64,000 bases of DNA from Candidatus Woesebacteria bacterium RIFCSPHIGHO2_02_FULL_42_20 (GTDB taxonomy: Bacteria; Patescibacteriota; Microgenomatia; UBA8517). Shown here one piece after another: positions 1-8,775 of the stretch (the stretch's first letter is position 1; every line of letters begins with the position of its first letter). The stretch lies in the NCBI GenBank assembly GCA_001792535.1, contig MGGS01000016.1, positions 160-64,159 of the forward strand. The letters run 5' to 3'. The notes beneath the pieces were generated by a model, which saw only the letters and a list, made by a program, of their open reading frames with translations, made no database searches and was not told the origin of the DNA. The translations under genes were made by a program, and so were the position numbers.

Positions 1-48
1 GAGTTCTGTAAAGAATATTGAATCGCTTTACCACTAGTTATATTTCTT

Positions 49-678
49 TTAAATTCCAAACTTCTCAGACAAAAATTTAATTACTTTCTCGCCCAAAATT
101 TTGTGACCTTCAGAGTTTGGGTGCGCCGCATCAACAAGTAAGTCCTTGAATCCTAGTGCCAGCAAATTATCAAACAACTCCAACTTCTCTACTTTGGATT
201 TTTTGCATATTTCGCTTATAAATCCATCATACTTTCTAACTTCATCGTTGCTAAGAAGTAAACCTTTGGATTTTTGAGGGTTAACAGGAGTCAGGCCAAT
301 GAAAACTACTTCACAGTTAAAATCTGTCGATAATTTTATCAATCGTTCAAGCGCTTTTTTAAAATCCCTTTCAGGAGTCTGTTTGCCTTTTCTCCAATTG
401 TTAGGGCAGCTGTCGTTAATCCCTGTCGCAAAAATAACCAACACTTCATCCTCGGAGTCAACCAGACGAATCGCCAATTCACTTTTGACTCTCTCCGGTA
501 GCTCAATAGCAAGCTCGCCCGGAACCCCCAGATTATAAACCTGGAAATTATTTTCGCTGGCTAAGTTATATTTCTCGTCGATATAACGGCGAACACGCGC
601 AACCCAGCCACCTTCCCTATCCCACTTGCCGTAAGCAATGCTGTCGCCGAAAACAAAAATTTTATCTAACATTGTCAA
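49..678 (-). CDS. SGNH/GDSL-family hydrolase
   Basis: N-terminal GDSIAYG (GDS block), central GINDS, C-terminal DAAHPNSEGH (DxxH catalytic block); 209 aa. Confidence 0.75.
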   Translation of the reverse strand: MTMLDKIFVFGDSIAYGKWDREGGWVARVRRYIDEKYNLASENNFQVYNLGVPGELAIELPERVKSELAIRLVDSEDEVLVIFATGINDSCPNNWRKGKQTPERDFKKALERLIKLSTDFNCEVVFIGLTPVNPQKSKGLLLSNDEVRKYDGFISEICKKSKVEKLELFDNLLALGFKDLLVDAAHPNSEGHKILGEKVIKFLSEKFGI

Positions 679-698
679 ATTATATCAAAAACTATGGA

Positions 699-717
699 GC
701 TAATTTGAAGACAAATT
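699..717. repeat. Array repeat copy 1 (GCTAATTTGAAGACAAATT; AATTTG-AAGA-CAAATT imperfect palindrome)
   Basis: Read directly; lies between stop of ORF 700..936 and start of ORF 49..678. Confidence 0.9.
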
Positions 718-936
718 CATTTTTAATCTCTTGTACTCATCAAGAATTTTTTCTGCCCAATAAGTATAATTATCCGTAATCTCGTTTATATTCAAGGTCA
801 TTTTATCCCCCAACTTTTTCTTAGCTTTAAGAAGGAAAGATATACCAACATCTTTCGATTGTTTTGCAAAACAAAATGACGCTCGATAAAGATCGGCAAT
901 TGCATCAGAAGTTTTATCAAATTTATTTAGTGCCAT
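700..936 (-). CDS. hypothetical small protein (78 aa)
   Basis: ORF overlapping upstream 112-aa ORF by 10 nt (operon-like pair); no recognisable motif. Confidence 0.35.
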   Translation of the reverse strand: MALNKFDKTSDAIADLYRASFCFAKQSKDVGISFLLKAKKKLGDKMTLNINEITDNYTYWAEKILDEYKRLKMNLSSN

Positions 937-1265
937 AATTTTCCAAAGTACCTTTTTATAATATCATGAAATTCTTTTCGAATCTTTGAATTCAATATTT
1001 CCAAGTTATCGTTATTTAATCGAGGCCGAATGTTCAGGACTGCTGTCGTATCGATTTGCTTGTCAAAAAAATTAATTCCTCCACCCCAAATATCGTTTTG
1101 TCTGCTTCCCTTTTCAAGTAAAACCTTTTCGCCGTCAGCATGGAGATCGCCTCCGGCGACAATCCATTCGTTCTCGACATCTACAGTAAGCTTTATATAG
1201 TTACCGTATTTTTTGCGAAAACTTAAAATTTCGGTCTTAGTTAGTTCCTTATCGACAAACTTCAT
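927..1265 (-). CDS. hypothetical protein (112 aa)
   Basis: ORF with protein-like composition; no motif I can name. Confidence 0.4.
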   Translation of the reverse strand: MKFVDKELTKTEILSFRKKYGNYIKLTVDVENEWIVAGGDLHADGEKVLLEKGSRQNDIWGGGINFFDKQIDTTAVLNIRPRLNNDNLEILNSKIRKEFHDIIKRYFGKLWH

Positions 1266-1271
1266 TGTGTT

Positions 1272-1544
1272 TTATTCAAGCTGACTCTGACTCGCGATGA
1301 TATTATCTAGTAACCCCAGACTTTCGGCTTTGCATGTACCACGCGTAATCACACCAACTCTGCGGTTCGAAGTTACACCAACGCATTCAGCGCTACAACC
1401 GGGTGCGGTACACCTCTGGGGCTCAAGATAAGCTTCTCCGCCACCCCCAGCCACAAAATTCCCGGAAATTGCAACAATAACCTTTTGGCAACTTGTTAAC
1501 AACGCTATTCTGTCTCTCAGACTCATTGATCCAGCTTCTACCAT
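1272..1544 (-). CDS. Cys-rich hypothetical protein (90 aa)
   Basis: CTAPGCSAEC...TRGTC cysteine cluster, Gly-rich GGGGEAY; possible metal/redox small protein. Confidence 0.4.
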   Translation of the reverse strand: MVEAGSMSLRDRIALLTSCQKVIVAISGNFVAGGGGEAYLEPQRCTAPGCSAECVGVTSNRRVGVITRGTCKAESLGLLDNIIASQSQLE

Positions 1545-1589
1545 TTTGAGATTATATCCCCATTTTAGCAGTATTTTACTCCGGAGCTT

Positions 1590-1605
1590 GCTTTGAAGAC
1601 AAATT
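1590..1605. repeat. Array repeat copy 2 (GCTTTGAAGACAAATT, 2-nt shorter variant); second partial copy TATTTGAAGTTTAT overlaps TTG start at 1622
   Basis: Read directly. Confidence 0.85.
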
Positions 1606-1621
1606 CTATATTATAAACTAT

Positions 1622-2263
1622 TTGAAGTTTATAATATCTAAAACTGTGTTAAAAATTTATTTAGCAAGACATGGACAAGACGAAGATAACGTCAAGGGCA
1701 TTTTGAATGGAAGAAGGGATAAGCCTTTAACCCCCAAAGGAACCGAGCAGGTAAAAGAAGTTGCAGAAAAAATTAAAGATTCCGGTCTCAACTTTGATAA
1801 AATTTATTCTTCACCTTTGAAAAGGACATATAAAACAGCTAAAATAATTTCCGAGGCACTTGGTATGGGTAAACCCTCGGTGTTGCAAGATCTTATCGAA
1901 CGCGATTTTGGAATAATGACAGGTAAACACATTAGTCAAATCGAAGAAATGTGTAAACCATATATCCTCAAAACCGAAACAATAACTTACTTTCTCAAAC
2001 CTAAAGGTGCAGAAACATTTCCCCAACTTGTTGAAAGAGGAAAAAAATTATTATCAAAAATTAGGAAGTTACACCCAAAAGGAAATATCTTATTAGTAAC
2101 TCATGGAGATATTGGAAAAACGATATATGCAGCCTACTATAATCTAAAGTGGAAAGATGTACTAACTATGTTTCACTTTGGCAACTCCGATTTACTTTTA
2201 CTTTCCAAGAATTCTCCGGCCGAGGAAGCATATGTGTTTAAAAGTGATCAATACAATTTATAG
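1622..2263 (+). CDS. histidine phosphatase (phosphoglycerate mutase-like) family protein
   Basis: IYLARHGQ (RHG catalytic motif) near N-terminus, LVTHGD later; TTG start called by ORF track (alternative GTG at 1646). Confidence 0.75.
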   Translation: MKFIISKTVLKIYLARHGQDEDNVKGILNGRRDKPLTPKGTEQVKEVAEKIKDSGLNFDKIYSSPLKRTYKTAKIISEALGMGKPSVLQDLIERDFGIMTGKHISQIEEMCKPYILKTETITYFLKPKGAETFPQLVERGKKLLSKIRKLHPKGNILLVTHGDIGKTIYAAYYNLKWKDVLTMFHFGNSDLLLLSKNSPAEEAYVFKSDQYNL

Positions 2264-2303
2264 TTTTAGACTCACATTCGTATAATATAACAAAAGTAAC
2301 AAA

Positions 2304-2690
2304 ATGAATTGGTATAAAGGAAATATTGAAGAGGAAACTTTGAAAAATAATTACTTTAGAAAAGTACTCTTTACAGGAAAGCATGCGCAGCTTGTCGTAA
2401 TGTGCTTGAAACCCGGAGAAGAAATTGGCTTGGAAGCGCATGAGAATGTAGATCAGTTTTTCAGGTTTGAAAAAGGCTCGGGAAAAGTTATAGTTAACGG
2501 TGAAGGAAAAACTGTAAACGATGGAGACGCCGTGATAGTCCCAGCCAGCAGCGAACACAATATCGTCAATGCTTCAGTTAGTCAAGATCTGAAACTTTAC
2601 ACAATCTATTCTCCACCCAACCATCCGGACGGGACTGTACACAAAACAAAGGCTGAAGCGGACAAAGCCGAAGAACACGAGAGTCACTAA
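2304..2690 (+). CDS. cupin domain protein
   Basis: G-x-E-x-H-x-N ... VPASSEHNIVN two-His cupin motifs, 128 aa. Confidence 0.7.
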   Translation: MNWYKGNIEEETLKNNYFRKVLFTGKHAQLVVMCLKPGEEIGLEAHENVDQFFRFEKGSGKVIVNGEGKTVNDGDAVIVPASSEHNIVNASVSQDLKLYTIYSPPNHPDGTVHKTKAEADKAEEHESH

Positions 2691-2797
2691 GTCAATTCCT
2701 CCGCGGGCCTAGAGTCCACGGTTTCTTTGAAACTGATATGACAAATTAATTTTCAATCTTTTATGTTCATTGGAAATTTTTTTAATTCTCACAAGTA

Positions 2798-3520
2798 TCA
2801 ACTATAAACTTTTTGGGTATCAAATATTAGCTGCTCCAGATGATCAAACATATCTTCATTAATCCCGTATTTTACCTTTTCATCTTCACTTATTGTCATG
2901 TTGAACCCAACCCTCAGAGATCTTAAATTATCAATAATATCTCGATGTAATAGTCTATTTAACAGGACGCCAATTCTATCTTTATCCACACTTTGCATTC
3001 TGCCTTTTCTAAAAGAATCGAGTATGTGGGTTAATTCATTGATATTTAGTTCAACTTCCGCCCAGGATGCCAGCGTCTGCAGTAAGTATGTCTCGCCCTC
3101 AGTTAATTTTATGGGCTTTGTGTCTTTGATACAAAAAACGCCTACTTTCTTGCCATCAATAGAATGTATAGGCACTCCTGCATAAAAGCGGATATACGGG
3201 GGACCCGCTACCATTGGATTGTCGGCAAAACGATTATCTTTTTTAGTATCGTCAATGACAAGAATGTCATTGGTTAATATTGCATGGCCGCAAAACGATA
3301 TCATTCTATCCCTCTCTCTTTCTGATACTCCATGGCAGGACTTATACCACTCGCGATTTGAATCAACTAAGGTAATTGTTGAAATCGATACCTTGAACAT
3401 TCGTAGCGCTGTCAAAGTAATGCGATCAAAGCGGGCTTCCAGTGGGGTATCCAGAATTTTCAATCCTTGTAAAGAGGCTAATCGCTGTATCTCGTCGTCA
3501 GCTATAGCAGACGACTGCAT
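2798..3520 (-). CDS. GAF domain-containing protein
   Basis: N-terminal GAF-like region (LQTLASWAEVEL, FCIKDTKP, YAGVPI), 240 aa. Confidence 0.6.
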   Translation of the reverse strand: MQSSAIADDEIQRLASLQGLKILDTPLEARFDRITLTALRMFKVSISTITLVDSNREWYKSCHGVSERERDRMISFCGHAILTNDILVIDDTKKDNRFADNPMVAGPPYIRFYAGVPIHSIDGKKVGVFCIKDTKPIKLTEGETYLLQTLASWAEVELNINELTHILDSFRKGRMQSVDKDRIGVLLNRLLHRDIIDNLRSLRVGFNMTISEDEKVKYGINEDMFDHLEQLIFDTQKVYS

Positions 3521-3680
3521 ATAGTGTAGTTCTTAATAGTATCATTTAGAATTCACTCGCACAATAACCGGATCAATCACTCAAGTTGATTAAACTTGTG
3601 CAGCGCCAGTTAATTTCAGTAGTATTGCATTCAGTAGACGTACAAATTCCTAAGAAAGCAACCAGGTATAGACCGGGTGA

Positions 3681-3700
3681 TATTAATTTGAAGACAAATT
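3681..3700. repeat. Array repeat copy 3 (TATTAATTTGAAGACAAATT)
   Basis: Read directly; ends 2 nt before stop codon of BrnA-like ORF. Confidence 0.9.
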
Positions 3701-3702
3701 GT

Positions 3703-4014
3703 TTAGATAGTTATCGAAGTTTTACCCTCGGCATACTTGTGAATTAGTACATTTAAAAGCCTTTGGTAAGGGATATTAACTCTTTTTGCCTTTGCTTTAA
3801 CTTTAATAATATCCTCATTTTTCACTCTCAATGTTATTCTTTTCGTCTTTTGTAATTCCAAAAAGTTTTTCGCAGATTCTTCAAGCTCTTTTTTCCTTTT
3901 TTCAAAGTTTTTAATAGATACAAATTCACCCTTTTCTAGGAATTCCTCTAGCTCCATTTCGTAATCATCTAGGGGAAATTCATCAAAATAATCTTTCTTC
4001 TGTTTTTTATTCAT
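3703..4014 (-). CDS. brnA: BrnA-like antitoxin (CopG/RHH type)
   Basis: C-terminal ITLRVKNEDIIKVKAKAKRVNIPYQRLLNVLIHKYAEG typical of BrnA; overlaps upstream toxin ORF by 4 nt (ATGA). Confidence 0.65.
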   Translation of the reverse strand: MNKKQKKDYFDEFPLDDYEMELEEFLEKGEFVSIKNFEKRKKELEESAKNFLELQKTKRITLRVKNEDIIKVKAKAKRVNIPYQRLLNVLIHKYAEGKTSITI

Positions 4015-4292
4015 ATTTTTAAATACTTCTTCTTCAAATTTCTATTCGGATAAATCGTTTTTAAAAATCTAACTTTTCTTACTTTATCAATTACATATGG
4101 CACAGCATATACTTTATTTTTTATACTTACTATCAAGATCCTCTGATTGGGATATCTCCTCTTGTTAAAGTGATCAATATCATCCAGAACTTTCCCGCTT
4201 TCAATCGCTTCAATAATTTCTTCAAAACCGACTCCCCTTGTTGCTTTTATTATTAAGTTTTTCTCTTCAGGGTAATCAAATTTATACTTCAT
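4011..4292 (-). CDS. brnT: BrnT-like ribonuclease toxin (DUF497)
   Basis: KFDYPEEKNLIIKATRGVGFEEIIEA resembles BrnT N-terminus (FEWDxxKNxxNxxKHGxSFEEA); toxin-first order as in BrnTA. Confidence 0.65.
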   Translation of the reverse strand: MKYKFDYPEEKNLIIKATRGVGFEEIIEAIESGKVLDDIDHFNKRRYPNQRILIVSIKNKVYAVPYVIDKVRKVRFLKTIYPNRNLKKKYLKI

Positions 4293-4384
4293 ATACTAAT
4301 AGTTCGTACATCCGTTGTCAAGACATTATTAATTGTAATTGCTCTTCAAATACCCGCTTAACAATTCTATCACTTTCTATCGAA

Positions 4385-4403
4385 GCTAACTTGAAGACAA
4401 ATC
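4385..4403. repeat. Array repeat copy 4 (GCTAACTTGAAGACAAATC)
   Basis: Read directly. Confidence 0.9.
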
Positions 4404-4449
4404 TACCCTTGTAACTCATTTACACTTCCGGCTGCCGGTAATAGAGGTA

Positions 4450-4898
4450 TTACATCCTTTCTGCAAATTCCCGTCCCTTGAGCAAACCATTCTTTGCCAA
4501 TATTGCTCGCACATCTTTCTTTAACATCTCTTTCTTTTCATCTTTAGATAGTCTTGTTAAACCAACAGGAATTTCTACTCCGTTTGTTTCCACATTCTTA
4601 AATTCACTAGATATCCGTAACATCTCTGGTCTTCTTTTCAGTCCTTTTCTTTCCAGTCTTCTTGCCTTGAGTAAAAACATTCTAAACTGCATCCTGTTTC
4701 AGCAATTCTAAATCTGAAAACATCAGGGTCCCAAGGTAAAGATAAAGCAGATAAACCGGCTCTACTTTCTCTAATGTCAAATCTATCCCACCTTATTTCC
4801 TCAACGGATAATCCCAATCTTTGAGAAATGAACTGTTTAGCATCATCCAGAGACGGCGCATCTTTATTAGCTTCACTTTCTAAAACACCTTCTGTCAT
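4450..4898 (-). pseudogene. small hypothetical gene apparently frameshifted (two overlapping ORFs, 86 aa + 80 aa, different frames)
   Basis: ORFs 4638..4898 and 4450..4692 overlap by 55 nt in different frames; no recognisable family. Confidence 0.3.
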
Positions 4899-4931
4899 AT
4901 TTATATTACTGTTAATTCATTCTATTTCTAA

Positions 4932-4950
4932 GCTAATTTCGAGACAAATT
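4932..4950. repeat. Array repeat copy 5 (GCTAATTTCGAGACAAATT)
   Basis: Read directly; overlaps stop codon of VapC ORF. Confidence 0.9.
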
Positions 4951-5319
4951 ATTAAGCAGTTTCTTGTCAAATGATGCTATCTTGCCTTTGTTTACTTCGG
5001 CCCACGAAAGTAGATAACTGTCAACAAAATGTAAGTTTCTTCTGTAAAAATCCCACAAAGAAAGCAGGACTTCTCTTTCTTCGACTCTTAACCACTTCTG
5101 AGAAAGAAAGGTTTCCATCGACTCCGCTATATCTTCCCTATTATTTTTATAAAATGATTCGAGGACAAAGACAACTTCACTTATGACGAGCGCTTTTATT
5201 ATCAGTTTTGACTTTCCTTTTTGCACGTTTTCAAATAACTTTCTGGCATTTTGGTATTGAGATTCAATGTCTCCTACCAAATATCTTAGGATTACATTGG
5301 TGTCAACTATTTGCTCCAT
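4933..5319 (-). CDS. vapC: PIN-domain toxin VapC
   Basis: IVDTNVILRYL N-terminal PIN acidic motif, 128 aa, overlaps upstream antitoxin ORF. Confidence 0.75.
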   Translation of the reverse strand: MEQIVDTNVILRYLVGDIESQYQNARKLFENVQKGKSKLIIKALVISEVVFVLESFYKNNREDIAESMETFLSQKWLRVEEREVLLSLWDFYRRNLHFVDSYLLSWAEVNKGKIASFDKKLLNNLSRN

Positions 5320-5564
5320 TGTTTCACTAAGCTTTTACCAAATTCTTTCCTTGCTTTTCTTAAATCCGAATCGGAAAGTTTTATCCCTGTATTTAAAGAT
5401 CCTCCAAGTGACCAAAAATCCTTTTTTAACTCCACCTCTAATTTATCAGCCTTCTTTCTAATAACAGCCTTGACCGGCCCGTTTACCCCTAGTGAGCGAA
5501 GCATTATTTGCGGGACAGTCAATTGGCCTTGACTGGTAATCGAAACTACTTTTTGCATTTCCAT
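5307..5564 (-). CDS. vapB: AbrB/SpoVT-family antitoxin (VapB-like)
   Basis: VVSITSQGQLTVPQIMLRSLG swapped-hairpin beta-barrel motif; start placed at internal Met (MEMQK...), ORF track extends to 5594. Confidence 0.6.
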   Translation of the reverse strand: MEMQKVVSITSQGQLTVPQIMLRSLGVNGPVKAVIRKKADKLEVELKKDFWSLGGSLNTGIKLSDSDLRKARKEFGKSLVKQWSK

Positions 5565-5770
5565 TATCATACTGAGATAATAATGTAATGTCAATTGTTA
5601 TTGTTTCATTACTACAACCAAATCTTACAATAAATAGCCTACCGAAAATGCGGTCAAAAATGTTAAATATCATTCTCCAGTTATCCAGATGCAATATTTG
5701 AATATCAACTTTTGATTAACAGCTTGTTTACAAAACCCACATTCAGATTCTACCACGATTTCTAAGCAAG

Positions 5771-5788
5771 GCTAATTTGAAGACATTT
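5771..5788. repeat. Array repeat copy 6 (GCTAATTTGAAGACATTT, right arm degenerate)
   Basis: Read directly; copy nearest the recombinase gene. Confidence 0.85.
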
Positions 5789-5861
5789 TTCTAGTTTCGT
5801 TTTTGCAGATTTTTGGAAATTTACAGTAGATAAACAGTCCAACTTTGAGTAACATTTAGTC

Positions 5862-7431
5862 ATGGAACCGGAGGACACCGACAAATCGGTTTTACAGGAA
5901 CAATCGCGGACAATATTTTACGATCTTAGACAGAACTTAATAAAACTGCGTTCGCAAGACCAATCAGGTGAAAATACAGAAAGTCTAGCTGCAAAAGTTG
6001 CAGAGTTAATGACAAGGTTATACGACTACCACCTATCTTTGTATCAACTTTCCGGAAAATCATTTAATTCTGCAGGTCCATTTTGGAATGGCTAATCAAT
6101 ACTCACGAAATTTGAGTAAAAATGTAAAGCGTGGGAATCAATACAGATTCCATAACAAATAGCAGTGGCTTGGACCCGCAAAGATTGGGTGGCTTAACGT
6201 TACTAACCCCGATACACAGGAGAAGGGAATAGTTGTTGACCCAGATAGATTTCCTCTGATTGTTAAGGGGATTCGGCTCATTATCACCGGCGCACACACT
6301 CCAATGCAGGTTTTGCACAAGCTTAATAACGAATGGGGCTTCAGGACCAGGATAACAAGGCGTCAGGGAGGTAAGCCACTAAGTAAGAGTGCTTGGTATA
6401 AACTATTAGCAGATCCCTATCTTTACGGACTAATGATCCGCAGCGAAGGGGAGGAAATAGGAAACCATAAACCTGTGCTTAGTAAGGACGATTTTGATAA
6501 ACTACAAATTATGTTAGGGCGTAAGGGGAAACCGCGGGTAGCAAAACACGAATTTGCCTATAAAAAAGAGGTGCTTAAATGTGGGGAATGCGGCGGGTCG
6601 GTGACAGCCGAAGAACACTGGCAGATTATTTGCCCGGAGTGTAGAACAAAGTTCAATAAGGCCAAGACAGCCGATAGGTGCAAGGGGTGCGAGCTTCTGA
6701 TTGAGGAGATGAAAAATCCAAAGATTCTCCACTATGTTCACTATCATTGCACAAAACGTATCAACCCAAAATGTGCACAACGCAGTATTCCGCTACATAA
6801 ACTTGAAAAACAGATTGACGAGGAACTTTCAAAGTTTGAAATAAAAGAGGAATTTAAGGACTGGGCAATCCAGTATTTGAACGAGTTAAACGATAATGAG
6901 GTTAAAGAACACTATGTAAGCCGAAATAATACCGGAGAAGCCCTCAAGGATACTATAAAGAGGCTGGATAGCCTTACCAAACTCTTTATATCGCCACAAA
7001 ACTCCGAAAGAGAGCTGATGACGGAGGAAGAATACTCCTCACAGCGCAAACCCCCTCTTGAAGAAAAGGAGAGCTTGGCATGATTAGCAAAGGAAATAGA
7101 CCAACAACAGGATAACTGGCATGATCTAATAGTAAATACCTTCAACTTTGCGTGTTATGCGCGTTACTGGTTTGCTAAGGGTGATTTAAAGGAGAAAACC
7201 GAGATACTCGGCGCACTTGGTTCGAACCTTACAATAACAGACAAAAAACTGTGTGTTGACGGTCTAAATCCATTTTTGATCATCGCGGACGAAAGGAGTA
7301 AAGTAGAAGAATTGTCCAAAATGTTCGAACCTGCAATAAAGCCTGATTTGTCGCACCGAAGTGCCCCTCTCAAAGAGCTTTGTCAATCTTGGCTGGCCGT
7401 TTACAAAAAATGTCGAACTTCATTTGATTAG
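5862..7431 (+). pseudogene. large serine recombinase, decayed (frameshift near 6013-6095, in-frame TAG at 6160-6162 and TGA at 7081-7083)
   Basis: Frame-1 translation 6163..7431 gives recombinase-domain-like GWLNV..., zinc beta-ribbon CGECGGSV...CPEC and coiled-coil tail; upstream fragment ...ANQYSRNLSKNVKRG resembles end of resolvase catalytic domain; 115 stop-free codons continue past the TGA. Confidence 0.65.
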
Positions 7432-7552
7432 CTCGCCTCGCCCCGCTCGGCTCGCAATGTGAGCGCGGCGTACATGTAACTTCGTTACAGTATAAACCCC
7501 TTTACCCTGAAAAACTCCTCAGAGTTTTTTACGGGCACCCGCCGTGCCTCCG
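7388..7552. repeat. Left arm of perfect 165-bp inverted repeat
   Basis: 7388..7552 is the exact reverse complement of 8776..8940 (checked base by base); contains hairpin AAAAACTCCTCAGAGTTTTTT at 7510..7530. Confidence 0.95.
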
Positions 7553-7575
7553 TTATTTTTTGCGCGCGCGATTTT

Positions 7576-7608
7576 CTCGCCCTTCGGGCGAGGAGAGTTT
7601 TGTTATTT
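7576..7608 (+). terminator. Rho-independent terminator-like hairpin (CTCGCCC-TTC-GGGCGAG followed by T-rich run)
   Basis: 7-bp GC-rich stem, 3-nt loop, then GAGTTTTGTTATTTT; just inside left IR at 3' end of ORF 7608..8417. Confidence 0.4.
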
Positions 7609-8417
7609 TAATCCTGGATTAATTGGAAGTCACTACAGTGCTTTTTAGAATCAGATGACAGGGTACTGAGATTTTGTGGTAGGGAGGTAATATATTTTTT
7701 TATGGCTTCTGGTAAATTTTTAGTGGAAGAAACTATTTCGTTGAAACGTTCTTGAGACCAACCGTAATAGAAACACGACTCTAGATTCCAAGTGTTAGCG
7801 CCACTAGCCAAACTCAATAATTTACCAATACCCTCACCACTACCGGCACCGTAAGTATCTACCACCATAACGTATAACTTTCCGTTTTGATAATCCATTA
7901 GGTAAGGATTATTACTCGATCCAGAAAGATCTTTGATGTGTGTAAATATTTTCCAAATACTGTCGTTTTTATTTGCATACAAAATACCGGAAATATCTCC
8001 TGATCGGACTATGTTCATATTCCCTTTTTGAAAGATTGCATATTCAACACCATTAAAAGTATATGTTTTATCAACTTGATCAGGCATTATTGAGGTGGGA
8101 ACATTCCTATTTAAAACCAGAGGTCTGACGTTAGTTACCACAAAATGTCCTATCTTGTCCCCTTTGCTATATCCTGATTTATTTACATAGCCTGCAATAA
8201 TTGTCTCTTTACCTATTTGGCTTTCCAACTCAGGCCATACATTGTTTTTGCTAGGTTTAATAATCAGTTTAAAATTTTGAGGCGTATCTTCAAAACTAAG
8301 CGTGCTCAAAGTAGACTTCGTTAATTTAAATTCGTAGTCATCGTCGATAAATGGATTTGTCCTTTTGTTTACCTGAAGAGGGCTTAGTTTGTAAAGTTCG
8401 TATATACCAGGCTTCAC
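7608..8417 (-). CDS. hypothetical protein (269 aa), sole ORF inside the IR-bounded module
   Basis: GTG start preceded by in-frame TAA; no recognisable catalytic motif (not an obvious DDE/serine/tyrosine recombinase). Confidence 0.5.
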   Translation of the reverse strand: MKPGIYELYKLSPLQVNKRTNPFIDDDYEFKLTKSTLSTLSFEDTPQNFKLIIKPSKNNVWPELESQIGKETIIAGYVNKSGYSKGDKIGHFVVTNVRPLVLNRNVPTSIMPDQVDKTYTFNGVEYAIFQKGNMNIVRSGDISGILYANKNDSIWKIFTHIKDLSGSSNNPYLMDYQNGKLYVMVVDTYGAGSGEGIGKLLSLASGANTWNLESCFYYGWSQERFNEIVSSTKNLPEAIKKYITSLPQNLSTLSSDSKKHCSDFQLIQD

Positions 8418-8775
8418 TTATCACAGCAACCACTAAAAGGATTACCAGAAATATCCAGTAATTAATTTTGATACTCTTTACACTTTTTGGGGCCATATTC
8501 GCAATGTCCATTTCCATATGTAATCTAAGTATAACAAATTTAAGACATGATCATTTTCGTGAATGTCTTGTTGCTTTTGTATTACAAGTTTTGGTATATT
8601 TTAGTTGGACTCAACTTTTACCAATTGCTATTTTTAATGGCGCATTTGGACAATCTGAGCAATCGGGTTGAGTCCACCGGATGCGCCATTTGAGATTTAT
8701 AAAAGTTCTTTAAAATTTTTGCGTTTTTTCTAGACAAAATCAGAAATGATTTTGTCTTATACGAGCCGACAGTTT

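Noticed and set aside
5458-5694. 78-aa ORF overlapping the vapB start
   Set aside because: Different frame overlapping the antitoxin. No support beyond being open.
699-5788. CRISPR array interpretation of the six repeats
   Set aside because: Repeats are ~19 bp, irregularly spaced (0.5-2 kb), and the 'spacers' are whole protein-coding cassettes. No cas genes are present.
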